Source: an uncultured Microthrixaceae bacterium (GTDB taxonomy: Bacteria; Actinomycetota; Acidimicrobiia; Acidimicrobiales; DATDAH01). From it: a stretch of 64,000 bases of DNA. Both the position numbers and the translations under genes were made by a program. Each line of letters begins with the position of its first letter. Position 1 is the stretch's first letter. The notes beneath the pieces were generated by a model. It saw only the letters and a program-made list of their open reading frames with translations. It did no database searches and was not told where the DNA came from. Location: positions 1,452,886-1,516,885 of the forward strand of contig CAWGLV010000001.1 of NCBI GenBank assembly GCA_963823495.1, read 5' to 3'. Positions 17,653-25,972 of this stretch are shown here, piece by piece.

Positions 17653-18546
17653 GCGATCGTCTGGCTCCGGCGCCGGCGGTCCCGGGCCGTGTACCAGTCC
17701 GCGAAGCGGGCCACCGGCACGCTGGCCAGCAGGAAGAGAACGGTGGCCGCCACATACGAGGTGTAGTTGAACGTGCGGGAGGCGTAGATCTCGGCCTGCC
17801 GGACGGCCTCCCGGATGCCGAGCACGCTGACCAGCGCGACGTCCTTCTGGAGGGAGACCAAGCCGTTGAGCAACGCCGGGATGACGTTGCGCACCGCCTG
17901 GGGGAGCACGGCGTAGCGCAGGGCCTGCCACTGGGTGAGGCCCAGGGCCCGCGGCGGCGGACCGCTGGCTCTCGTGGACCGATTCTATGCCGGAGCGGTA
18001 GACCTCGGCGGTGTACGCGGAGTAGGAGAGGACCAGAGCGGTGACCCCCCAGAAGAGGGGGTCGGTGGGGACACCGTCGAGTTGCAGGGCGGGGACGCCG
18101 AAGCCCAGGAGCAGGATCACCAGCAGCAGGGGGATCCCCCGGAACAGGTCGATGTAGAGCACCGACAGGAACCGGAGCGGGAAGAAGGCCGGGCCCCGAA
18201 GGTTGCGGATCACCGCGACCAGCATGGCGAAGACCAGGATCACGGCCTGGGCGACCACGAAGAGCTTCAGGTCGAGCCAGAACCCGGAGAGGACGTCGGG
18301 GAAGGACGCCCGGAAGTCCTCGGGGTTGAGGAACTGGTCCCGGACCTGGGGCCAGGCCTCGCTGCGCAGGACCAGACCCAGGATCAGCCCGAAGACGACG
18401 ATCGTGCTGAAGAACGCCACGAGGGCGCCCCGGGCCCCCTCTTCACGGAACTCGGCCCGCAGTGAGGCGAACCGGCCCGGGGGCAGTGGTGGCCCGGAGC
18501 CCACCCCGTCGGCGACAGCCGCGGGATCAGCCCCGGGTCCCACCAC
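17649..18546 (-). pseudogene. amino acid ABC transporter permease, interrupted by a 1-nt frameshift near 17952
   Basis: The frame from 18546 gives ..YTAEVYRSGIESVHESQRSAA. The expected continuation RALGLTQWQALRYAVLPQAVRNVIPALLN.. appears only after skipping one base at about 17952. Without the shift the track shows a nonsensical Pro/Arg/Gly linker fused to the ATPase. Confidence 0.75.
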
Positions 18547-18568
18547 CTGCTCCGTCAGTGCAGCGGCG

Positions 18569-19432
18569 TCACTCGGACAGCGTGGGAATGCCCCCGCCGC
18601 CGCTCAGCCACTCCTCCTCGAGGGCGGCCAGGGTGCCGTCGGCCTCGAGGGCCGCCAGCGCCTCGTTGACACAGGGGACCAGGGGGCTGCCGTCCTCGAA
18701 CAGCATGCCCAGCTCCTCGGACTCGCCGACACGGGGCAGCACCCCGACGATCGCAGAGTCCGGGATCTCCACGGCGGTGATGAAGTAGGCGGTGGGGAGG
18801 TCGAAGACGAGCCCGTCGACCTGACCGGCGTCGAAGGCGGCCTTGGCCGCGGCGTTGTCGTCGAAGACCGCGGCCTCGGAGTCGGGCTGGATGACCTCGT
18901 CGATGTAGTCGAGGCTGGTCGTGCCGATGGCGGCGCCCAGCTGGTCGTCCTGCAGGTCAGCGAGGCCGGCGGCCTCGGCCACGGTGGAGTCCTCGGCGGC
19001 GACGAGGGCCTGCTCGACCTGGTAGTAGCCGTCGGAGAAGTCCACGACCTCGTCCCGTTGCGCGGTGATCGAGTACTGCTGGATGTTGAAGTCGTAGTCC
19101 TTGGCGCCCGGGGCCACGGCCTCGTCGAAGCCGGTGCGGACCCAGACGACGTCCTCCTCGGCGACGCCCAGCTGGTCGGCGACGGCGTACACGAGCGCGG
19201 ACTCGAAGCCCTCGCCGGTGGTCGGGTCGTCGTTGCCCTCGGCGTCCACGCCGTTGATCCATGGCGGGAACGCAGGCTCGCCGGTGGCCACGGTCAGTGT
19301 GCCCTCGGTCTCGAGCGGCGGAGTGTCACAGCCGGCCGCCGTGCTGCTCTCCTCGCTGTCGTCGCCGCAGGCGGCGGCGAGAAGGCCGAAGGCCAGCAGC
19401 AGCGCGGCCAGGGTCCGGAGCTTCTTGTTCAC
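18569..19432 (-). CDS. amino acid ABC transporter substrate-binding lipoprotein
   Basis: MNKKLRTLAALLLAFGLLAAACGDD lipobox, a family-3 SBP-like body, and its position as first gene of the ABC operon. Confidence 0.85.
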   Translation of the reverse strand: MNKKLRTLAALLLAFGLLAAACGDDSEESSTAAGCDTPPLETEGTLTVATGEPAFPPWINGVDAEGNDDPTTGEGFESALVYAVADQLGVAEEDVVWVRTGFDEAVAPGAKDYDFNIQQYSITAQRDEVVDFSDGYYQVEQALVAAEDSTVAEAAGLADLQDDQLGAAIGTTSLDYIDEVIQPDSEAAVFDDNAAAKAAFDAGQVDGLVFDLPTAYFITAVEIPDSAIVGVLPRVGESEELGMLFEDGSPLVPCVNEALAALEADGTLAALEEEWLSGGGGIPTLSE

Positions 19433-19462
19433 GGTGTTGTCCTCCCAGGTGAAGGCGAAACC

Positions 19463-20239
19463 TTACTCAGCAACCCGCAATTCGGCCTCTTCGTAGGCCA
19501 CCACGGGGACGAACCCGAGCCCGTCGTAGAGGGCGCGGGCGCCGTGGTTGTCCGAGCCCACGTTGAGGCCGACGATCGGGACGAGGTCCAGCAGTCGCCG
19601 GGCCAGGGTCGCGGTCAGGGTCCGGGCGAGGCCCCGGCGCCGGTGGGCGGGGTGGGTCAGGACGTTGCCCAACGCCGCCACCCCGTGGTGCTCGGAGATC
19701 ACGTGCACACCGGCGACGGCGACGAGCGCCCCGTCGACCCGGATGCCGCCGTAGAAGCCGGTGTCGAGCAGCGACGGGACGAAGAACGCGCTGGCGTCGC
19801 CACCGGTCTCCCGTAGGGCGAGGATCTCCCCGGTGGCCTCGCGACCGAGCCAGGTGACCCGGGGGTCCGGGGGCGGGAGGCGGCCGTCATCGGGAAGCCG
19901 CATCTTGACGTGCGGGATCACCCAGTCCGCCGCGTAGCCGGGGGCCAGTCGTGCGGCCAGCCCGGCGGGGCCGGTGATGACGAAGTGCCCGGGCAGGTCG
20001 GGGGCCAGCGACCCGAGGAGGTCGAGGGTGCCCTGGTCGGTGGCGGCATCGGCCGCCACGGCGTAGAGCACCGGTGCCCCGGATCCCAGGTCCAGCACCC
20101 CCACCACGGCGTCGCCCTCGCGGTACCAGGTGGAACGGCTCCAGAACGGCTCCTCCAGGTCCGCGAGACCGTAGGGGTGCACCTCGGGGTGACGGCCGTA
20201 GACCTCCGCCAACTCGGCGGGATCGGTGACCTCGTTCAC
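19463..20239 (-). CDS. GNAT family N-acetyltransferase
   Basis: C-terminal acetyl-CoA motif ..HPAHRRRGLARTLTATLARRLL.. ..GARALYDGLGF. GTG start at 20239 overlaps the upstream stop (GTGA); the longer track ORF N-terminus is Arg/Pro junk. Confidence 0.75.
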   Translation of the reverse strand: MNEVTDPAELAEVYGRHPEVHPYGLADLEEPFWSRSTWYREGDAVVGVLDLGSGAPVLYAVAADAATDQGTLDLLGSLAPDLPGHFVITGPAGLAARLAPGYAADWVIPHVKMRLPDDGRLPPPDPRVTWLGREATGEILALRETGGDASAFFVPSLLDTGFYGGIRVDGALVAVAGVHVISEHHGVAALGNVLTHPAHRRRGLARTLTATLARRLLDLVPIVGLNVGSDNHGARALYDGLGFVPVVAYEEAELRVAE

Positions 20240-20586
20240 CACTCCTCGTCGATCCACCATTCCGTGAACTCGCGGCAGCGACCGTCGTCGGTGAGGCGGA
20301 TCACCCAGAGGTTGCGGAAGGCACGGCTCTCGGCCGCGTACTCGGTCCGGCCTTGGATGACCGACAGGTCCGGTGACTCGATGACGGGCTCCCAGTCGAA
20401 GGTCCACGACCCCGGCTCGTCGCCGATGTCCTGCCAGTTCTCGACGATGGCGTCCCGCCCGACCCACTGCTCGTCGCTGGTCTGGGGGTCATAGACGGCG
20501 TCCTCGGTGAAGAGGTCGGCGATCTCCTCGGTGGCGCCCGACGTCCAGGCCCGCAGGTAGCCGTCCATCCATGCCGCGAGGCTCAC
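20236..20586 (-). CDS. NTF2-like (SnoaL-like) domain protein
   Basis: 116 aa: ..YLRAWTSGATEEIADLFTEDAVYDP... ..NLWVIRLTDDGRCREFTEWW, the typical SnoaL/NTF2 pattern. Confidence 0.7.
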   Translation of the reverse strand: MSLAAWMDGYLRAWTSGATEEIADLFTEDAVYDPQTSDEQWVGRDAIVENWQDIGDEPGSWTFDWEPVIESPDLSVIQGRTEYAAESRAFRNLWVIRLTDDGRCREFTEWWIDEEW

Positions 20587-20631
20587 GGGCGCAGCCTCGC
20601 CGGAGTGGGCCGAGGCGTCAAACGACCGGGC

Positions 20632-21369
20632 TCAGCCGGCGCGCAGGACCAGGCCCCACACGACCACGGTGAAGCAGGATCCGGCCACGAGGGTGAACGT
20701 GTGCCACACCTCGTGGTAGCCGAAGGTGGCGGGCCGGGGATTGGGCCAGTTGGTGGCGAACCCGACGGCGCCCACGGTGTAGGCGAGCCCACCGGCGACG
20801 ATCAGTCCCAGGTAGAGGGGGCCCAGGCGTTCGGCCAGGGAGGGCGCCGACAGGGCTGCCGCCCACCCCATGAGCAGGTAGAGGGTGGCCCCGACGCCAG
20901 GTTTCTGGGCCAGCCCGGCCATGCCCAGGACGACGCCCAGGGTGGCGCCGGCCCAGATGCCGACCAGGGTGATCATCGCACCGCCCCCCTGGAGCCCGAG
21001 CACACAGATCGGGGTGTAGGTGGCGGCGATGAGCACGAAGATCATCGAGTGGTCGAGTCGTCGCATCCAGCCGCGGGCCCGCTCGGACCATCGGCCGCGG
21101 TGGTAGGCGGCGGAGGTGCCGTAGAGGGCACTGGCCCCGAGGGAGTACACGAGGGCGGCGATCTTGGCGGGTCCGGTGTCGGCCACCGCGACGAGGGCGA
21201 GGCCCAGGGGGATCGAGACCAGGAAGGCGATCTCGTGCATCACACCCCGGAAGCGGGGCTTGAGGGGCTGGGGCGGCGGGACCAGCGTGTCGACCATCGT
21301 CCTCCCGTCGGTTCCGGTGCCGGTCATGTGAGCCGCAGCGCGCGTTTCGCCGATCGTCGGGAGCGCCAT
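20632..21369 (-). CDS. hemolysin III / PAQR family membrane protein
   Basis: Seven predicted TM segments, ..HSMIFVLIAATYTP.. and C-terminal ..FGYHEVWHTFTLVAG motifs. The start could be an internal Met. Confidence 0.85.
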   Translation of the reverse strand: MALPTIGETRAAAHMTGTGTDGRTMVDTLVPPPQPLKPRFRGVMHEIAFLVSIPLGLALVAVADTGPAKIAALVYSLGASALYGTSAAYHRGRWSERARGWMRRLDHSMIFVLIAATYTPICVLGLQGGGAMITLVGIWAGATLGVVLGMAGLAQKPGVGATLYLLMGWAAALSAPSLAERLGPLYLGLIVAGGLAYTVGAVGFATNWPNPRPATFGYHEVWHTFTLVAGSCFTVVVWGLVLRAG

Positions 21370-21411
21370 CGGTTCGAGACTACGCGTGGGGTCACTGGTT
21401 ACCGTCGCAGG

Positions 21412-21822
21412 GTGACCGATGTCCTACGGGTGGGGCGCCTCCAGGTGCCGCTGAGCGAACTGACCTGGCGCTTCGACACGCCGGGCGGCCCCGGCGGACA
21501 GCACGCCAACCGGGCCGCCACCCGGGCCGAGGTCCGGTTCTCGGTGGCCGAGTCACCGTCCCTGACCGAGGCCCAGCGGACCCGGCTGCTGGCCCGCGTC
21601 GGCGCTGTCGCCGTGGCGGCGTCGGCCGACTCCCGTTCCCAGTCCCGCAACCGGGACCTGGCCCTCGATCGGTTGCGTTCGCTCCTGGGTGAGGCCCTGG
21701 CCGAGGAGCGCACCCGGCGCAAGACCAAGCCCAGTCGGGCGGCCAAGCGCCGTCGCCTCGACAGCAAGCGCCGACGCAGCGAGGTCAAGAAGACCCGGGG
21801 TCGTGTCCGCCCCGACGACTGA
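21412..21822 (+). CDS. arfB: alternative ribosome-rescue factor ArfB (peptidyl-tRNA hydrolase, GGQ domain)
   Basis: GPGGQHANRAATRAEVRF GGQ motif plus a strongly basic C-terminal tail (RTRRKTKPSRAAKRRRLDSKRRRSEVKKTRGR). GTG start. Confidence 0.85.
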   Translation: MTDVLRVGRLQVPLSELTWRFDTPGGPGGQHANRAATRAEVRFSVAESPSLTEAQRTRLLARVGAVAVAASADSRSQSRNRDLALDRLRSLLGEALAEERTRRKTKPSRAAKRRRLDSKRRRSEVKKTRGRVRPDD

Positions 21823-21848
21823 TCCGGCCCGGGCCTAGCCTCTCGGGC

Positions 21849-22049
21849 ATGGCCTCGGCGATGAAGCTCCACTCGGCCCGGGCGGCGGTGGAGGTCGCCC
21901 TCGACGCCGTCCAGCTCGTCGGCGGCAACGGCTCGAGGTCGGAGTTCCGGGTCGAACAGCTCGCTCGGGATGCCAAGGTGTTGCCGATGGACGCCGGCAC
22001 CGGCGAGATCCAGATCACCCACATCGCCTGCGACCTGCCGGGTCGCTGA
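21849..22049 (+). pseudogene. orphan C-terminal fragment of an acyl-CoA dehydrogenase
   Basis: The 66-aa ORF aligns by eye to the last ~65 residues of the full ACAD in this window (KL..A.AV.V...A.Q..GG.G....VE...RDAK....GT.EIQ). The catalytic-Glu position (..EGT..) reads DAGT. No upstream ACAD domains are present. Confidence 0.6.
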
Positions 22050-22062
22050 GAAGGAGCACCCC

Positions 22063-22350
22063 ATGGGTTGTTGCGCCCTGATCCTGGCCAGTTGGATCTC
22101 GCCCCGGTTGGTCCTCTTCATCATGTGGGTGTTCGGGGACCGGCTGAGCTTCGCCTTCGACTCGTTCTGGGCGGGCCTGGCCGGCTTCCTGATCCTGCCC
22201 TGGACCAGCTTGTGCTGGGCCCTGGCCTATGCGCCCATCGGCGGGGTCAGCGGCATCGGGTGGGTGCTGGTCGCCTTCGGCCTGCTGGCCGACCTCGGCA
22301 CGTGGTTCGGCGGCGGCCGCGAAGGCCAGCGCCGCTACGTCGACGCCTGA
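22063..22350 (+). CDS. small integral membrane protein (95 aa)
   Basis: GAAGGAG RBS 7 nt upstream of the ATG. MGCCALILASWISPRLVLFIMWVFGD.. with three hydrophobic segments. Confidence 0.65.
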   Translation: MGCCALILASWISPRLVLFIMWVFGDRLSFAFDSFWAGLAGFLILPWTSLCWALAYAPIGGVSGIGWVLVAFGLLADLGTWFGGGREGQRRYVDA

Positions 22351-22362
22351 GCGACGCCCCGA

Positions 22363-22941
22363 TCAGGCCCGGAGGCCGTCGAGCACGAGGTCGACGATGC
22401 GCTCGAGTTGCGCGTCGTCGGCGGGGCGGCGCAGGAGGAGCCGCTCATAGAAGAGCGTGCCCCCCACGAGCTGGGCGGCCAGCCCCGTGTCGATGTCGGG
22501 TCGCAACTCCCCGGCGGTGATGCCCTGTTCGATGATCGAGCGGACGGCCTCGCGGCGCTCGTGGGTGTAGGCGGCGGACAGCTCCGCCAACTCGGGGTCG
22601 GACTCCGCGGCATCGATCAGGGTGGCGATGATCCGGCTCCACCGGTGGTCCCGCAGCTTGGTGGCGAGCCCGCCGGCGAGGGCCAACAGGTCCGTGCGGA
22701 CATCGCCCGACCTCGGCGAGTCGTCGTGGCCGACACAGCCGTGGAAGGCGTCGAGCAGCAGCTGGGCCCGGCTCGGCCAGTGGCGGTAGATGGTCGTCTT
22801 GGCCACACCGGAGCGCTCGGCCACGGCCTCCACCGTGGTCCCGCCGTGGCCGACTTCGCCGAGCAGGTCCACCGTGGCGCTGAGGACAGCCGCCCGGGAC
22901 CGGGCGATCCGGGGGTCGGCGGCCTCCTCCTCGGGGGTCAT
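22363..22941 (-). CDS. TetR/AcrR family transcriptional regulator
   Basis: N-terminal HTH ..TTVEAVAERSGVAKTTIYRHWPSRAQLLLDAF. ATGA overlap with the MFS gene stop. Only the last 192 aa of the 613-aa track ORF are real. Confidence 0.9.
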   Translation of the reverse strand: MTPEEEAADPRIARSRAAVLSATVDLLGEVGHGGTTVEAVAERSGVAKTTIYRHWPSRAQLLLDAFHGCVGHDDSPRSGDVRTDLLALAGGLATKLRDHRWSRIIATLIDAAESDPELAELSAAYTHERREAVRSIIEQGITAGELRPDIDTGLAAQLVGGTLFYERLLLRRPADDAQLERIVDLVLDGLRA

Positions 22942-24515
22942 GGCGCGACCGGCTCGATGCCGAGGTCCTCGGTCGGCTCGAAGCCGGTCTCGTGGATCAC
23001 CACCTCGCCCCGGCTCGGCATGAGCCTGAGGACCAGGCCCGCGGTCACCAGGACCACCGCGGCGGCGAACCAGAACACGGGCGCCATCGCGTCGGTGAAG
23101 GCGCGCTGGGCGGCGTCGGTGATCTGGGTCCCGAACCCGGCGGGCGCCCGTTGGGCCACGGCCAACGCCGAGCCGACACCCTCCCGGATGGCGGACGCGG
23201 CCTCGGGTGGGGCGGCGGCGAGGTCGAGGTCGAGGGCCGAGCGGTAGCCCGAGGACAGGATGCTGCCGAGGACGGCCACCCCCAGCGCCCCCCCGACCTC
23301 TCGGCTGGTGTCGTTCACCGCCGAGCCCACGCCGGCCTTGGCCAGGGGCATCGACTCCATGACCGCGCCCGTGGCGGGCGCCGTGGTCATCGACATCCCG
23401 CCACCCAGCAGCATCAGGCCGACGGCGACCTGGAGGTAGGGCGAGCCGACCGCCAGGAACGACAGAGAGAAGAGGCCGATGGCGACGGTGGTGAGGCCGG
23501 CGGCCATGACCTTGTCCCGCCCCCATCGTTCGGCGAACCCGGCGCTGCGGGGGGCGAAGACGATCATCATGGCGGCCATCGGCAAGGTGGCCAGGCCGGC
23601 CTCCAGGGGCGAGTAGCCGAGCACGAACTGCAGGTACTGGGTGGCCACGAAGAAGGTCCCGAACATGGCGAAGAACGTCAGGCCGATCGTGCCCGTGCCC
23701 ATCGAGAAGCGGGCGTCGCCGAACTGCTCCATGGGCAGCATGGGCTCGTCGGTGTGCTGTTCCCAGCGCACGAACGCCACCCCCAGGACCAGGGTCACGG
23801 CGAAGAGCCCGAGGGTGAGCGGGTCGGTCCAGCCGATCTCGGGGCCCTCGATGATGGCGTAGAGCAGGGCGAAGAGACCGACCATCGACAGGAGGCCGCC
23901 GACGGGATCCAGTCGGCGCTGCCGGGGGTCCCGCGAGGTCGGCACGAGGAGGGCGCCCGAGATGAGCGCGACGGCCACGATCGGGAGGTTGACGAGGAAG
24001 ACCGAGCCGAACCAGAAGTGCTCGAGCAGGAACCCACTCAGGACCGGGCCGAGGGCGGCGCCGGCCCCGGCGAAGCCGGCCCAGATGGCGATGGCCCTGG
24101 AGCGCTCCTGGGGCGGGAACACGTTGGTGATGATCGACAGGGTGGCGGGCATGATCATCGCCGCACCCACGCCCATGATCGATCGGGTGGCGATGAGGTG
24201 CCACGGCTCGGTGGCGAAGACGGCGATCAGCGAGCCCAGGGCGAAGATGCCCAGACCGCCCTGGAGCATCCCCTTCCGGCCGAAGCGGTCACCGAGGGCC
24301 CCCATGGGCAGGAGCAGGCCCGCGAAGACGAGTGCGTAGGCGTCCACGATCCACTGGAGCTCGGCGCTGGTCGCCCCGGTGTCGCCCACGATGGTGGGGA
24401 GGGCGACGTTGAGGGCGGAGTTGCCGGCCACGACGAGGACGAGGCTCAGGTTCATGACGGCCAGTACGCCGTAGCGGCGGTCGTGGGTGGATGCGGCGTC
24501 GGTGGGCGGGGCCAC
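22938..24515 (-). CDS. MFS transporter, DHA2 (EmrB/QacA-like, 14-TMS) family
   Basis: 525 aa, about 14 hydrophobic segments, and the ..LGDRFGRKGML.. motif A. Confidence 0.85.
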   Translation of the reverse strand: MAPPTDAASTHDRRYGVLAVMNLSLVLVVAGNSALNVALPTIVGDTGATSAELQWIVDAYALVFAGLLLPMGALGDRFGRKGMLQGGLGIFALGSLIAVFATEPWHLIATRSIMGVGAAMIMPATLSIITNVFPPQERSRAIAIWAGFAGAGAALGPVLSGFLLEHFWFGSVFLVNLPIVAVALISGALLVPTSRDPRQRRLDPVGGLLSMVGLFALLYAIIEGPEIGWTDPLTLGLFAVTLVLGVAFVRWEQHTDEPMLPMEQFGDARFSMGTGTIGLTFFAMFGTFFVATQYLQFVLGYSPLEAGLATLPMAAMMIVFAPRSAGFAERWGRDKVMAAGLTTVAIGLFSLSFLAVGSPYLQVAVGLMLLGGGMSMTTAPATGAVMESMPLAKAGVGSAVNDTSREVGGALGVAVLGSILSSGYRSALDLDLAAAPPEAASAIREGVGSALAVAQRAPAGFGTQITDAAQRAFTDAMAPVFWFAAAVVLVTAGLVLRLMPSRGEVVIHETGFEPTEDLGIEPVAP

Positions 24516-24549
24516 GGGGTCCTCCGGACAGGGCTCGATCAGCGTCGAT

Positions 24550-24572
24550 CGCTACGCTACGGTAGCGTAGCG
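24550..24572. promoter_or_regulatory. 23-bp perfect palindrome, candidate TetR operator of the MFS-TetR operon
   Basis: CGCTACGCTAC-G-GTAGCGTAGCG lies 35 bp upstream of the MFS start codon (24515). Confidence 0.55.
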
Positions 24573-24656
24573 AAAGGTGCGACGCCGTTCGGGGTGACGT
24601 CGGGCACATGGTGGTCACCGCGGCGATCCGGCCGGCGGGCGGCGGGGACTCGGGGC

Positions 24657-25313
24657 TCAGCCGGCGAGCGGCAGGTCGGCCAGGGGGGCGAAGCGCTCGT
24701 CGCCGGTGGCCAGGCCGTGGAGGCGGCGCCGGGTGCGGGAGCACACCTGGCGCACGGCGGCGGGGGTCATGTCCCGGATGGCGGCCACGGTGACCGACGG
24801 CGAGGGATCGCCCATGGCCGCCTGGACCTCGACCTCCAGCAGGATCGCCCGGTCCCGGGCACTGGCGACCATGGTCAGTCCCTCGCGGACCAGGGCCACG
24901 AGCGGCCACTCACCGGCCAGCCCGTCGAGCACCGCCATGAGGTCGGGCTCGTCGCCCGCGGCCTCCGGCGGGGCCGGGCGGTCGAGCACGGCCTCGTCGA
25001 GGGTGTCGGTGTGCTGGCCGACGAACCGGCTCACCACCTGACGGACGCGGTGGTAGGCCCACTGCCATGGCGTCGCCCCGCCGTCGGCCCGCCAGGCGGA
25101 GGCCACGCCGGCCAGCATGATGCAGACGTCGATGACCAGCGGATCCAACTCGTCCCGGTCGATGTCGTGGATCCCGATATCGGCCAGGTGGGTCCGCACC
25201 GCGCTGCCGATGGGGCCGCTGAACTCCGCGGCCAGCACGAAGGCGGCCCGGCCCTCGCCTGCGGCCAGCTGCGTCATCAGACACTCCAACCGCTCACGCC
25301 GGTTCCTCTCCAT
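24657..25313 (-). CDS. hypothetical protein with sigma-70-like region 2/region 4 features
   Basis: 218 aa from MERNRRERLECLM.. The C-terminal ..VTVAAIRDMTPAAVRQVCSRTRRRL resembles a sigma region-4 HTH, and the N-terminal half loosely resembles region 2. No firm family call. Confidence 0.5.
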   Translation of the reverse strand: MERNRRERLECLMTQLAAGEGRAAFVLAAEFSGPIGSAVRTHLADIGIHDIDRDELDPLVIDVCIMLAGVASAWRADGGATPWQWAYHRVRQVVSRFVGQHTDTLDEAVLDRPAPPEAAGDEPDLMAVLDGLAGEWPLVALVREGLTMVASARDRAILLEVEVQAAMGDPSPSVTVAAIRDMTPAAVRQVCSRTRRRLHGLATGDERFAPLADLPLAG

Positions 25314-25381
25314 GTCCCCATCCTCCGCAGGGGGTGGGACACCATCCCGGGCCGGGGCGTGGGTTACGCCCGCCTCAGCCC

Positions 25382-25912
25382 CTAGCCGTCCGACCGGGAC
25401 AGGGGCTCGTGGCCGAGGGCGGCGAAGAGGGCGGCGATCTGCGCGATCGGTGCGGCCCGGCGCGGCGGGCGGCGGGCCGCGGACTCCCGTCCCAACCGGA
25501 TGGTGGGCCAGGCGGCCCAGACGTCCTCCCACCAGGCCTCGACGACCGCCTCGTCCCCACTGGAGTGCACCTCCAGGACGACAGGGGTGAGCAGCGGGCC
25601 GTTCCAGCGGTAGCGCCGGGCCGCGTCGACCCGACGGTGGGCCACGTCGGCCTCGGCCAGTTCGGTGCGGATCGCTTCCCGGTCGGCGAGGGCCACGCCG
25701 CGGGCGGCCACCGCGTCCCGCAGCGGCCGGACCGACAGGTCGGGCAGGTCGAGATCGTCGGTCACCTCCAGGTACGGCCCCGACACCGCCACCAGGCGGC
25801 ACCGGCTGGATGACCACGCCCGCAGCCGGCCGGTCGTCACCACCGAGCCCGCCCAGTCGTCCACTGTGGCCCAGAAGCCCTCGGCGGTCCCGGTTCGGCT
25901 CGTGCGGCTCAC
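25382..25912 (-). CDS. hypothetical protein (176 aa)
   Basis: Protein-like composition. It lies upstream of and co-oriented with the sigma-like gene, and divergent from add. No motif recognised. Confidence 0.5.
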   Translation of the reverse strand: MSRTSRTGTAEGFWATVDDWAGSVVTTGRLRAWSSSRCRLVAVSGPYLEVTDDLDLPDLSVRPLRDAVAARGVALADREAIRTELAEADVAHRRVDAARRYRWNGPLLTPVVLEVHSSGDEAVVEAWWEDVWAAWPTIRLGRESAARRPPRRAAPIAQIAALFAALGHEPLSRSDG

Positions 25913-25972
25913 GGCCCCATTTCACCCGCTGAGCGGACCCGCACGCGAAGCGACCCGTAGGCTCCTCGCCCG

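Noticed and set aside
16891-18546. 551-aa ORF as a genuine permease-ATPase fusion protein
   Set aside because: The ~100-aa linker is nonsense sequence, and the conserved permease C-terminus is present in another frame (17649-17951). A 1-nt frameshift explains it better than a fusion.
22992-25385. 797-aa + strand ORF, plus the 613-aa ORF 22363-24204 on the minus strand
   Set aside because: Both are off-frame or antisense shadows of the MFS gene. Only the TetR part (22363-22941) of the 613-aa ORF is real.
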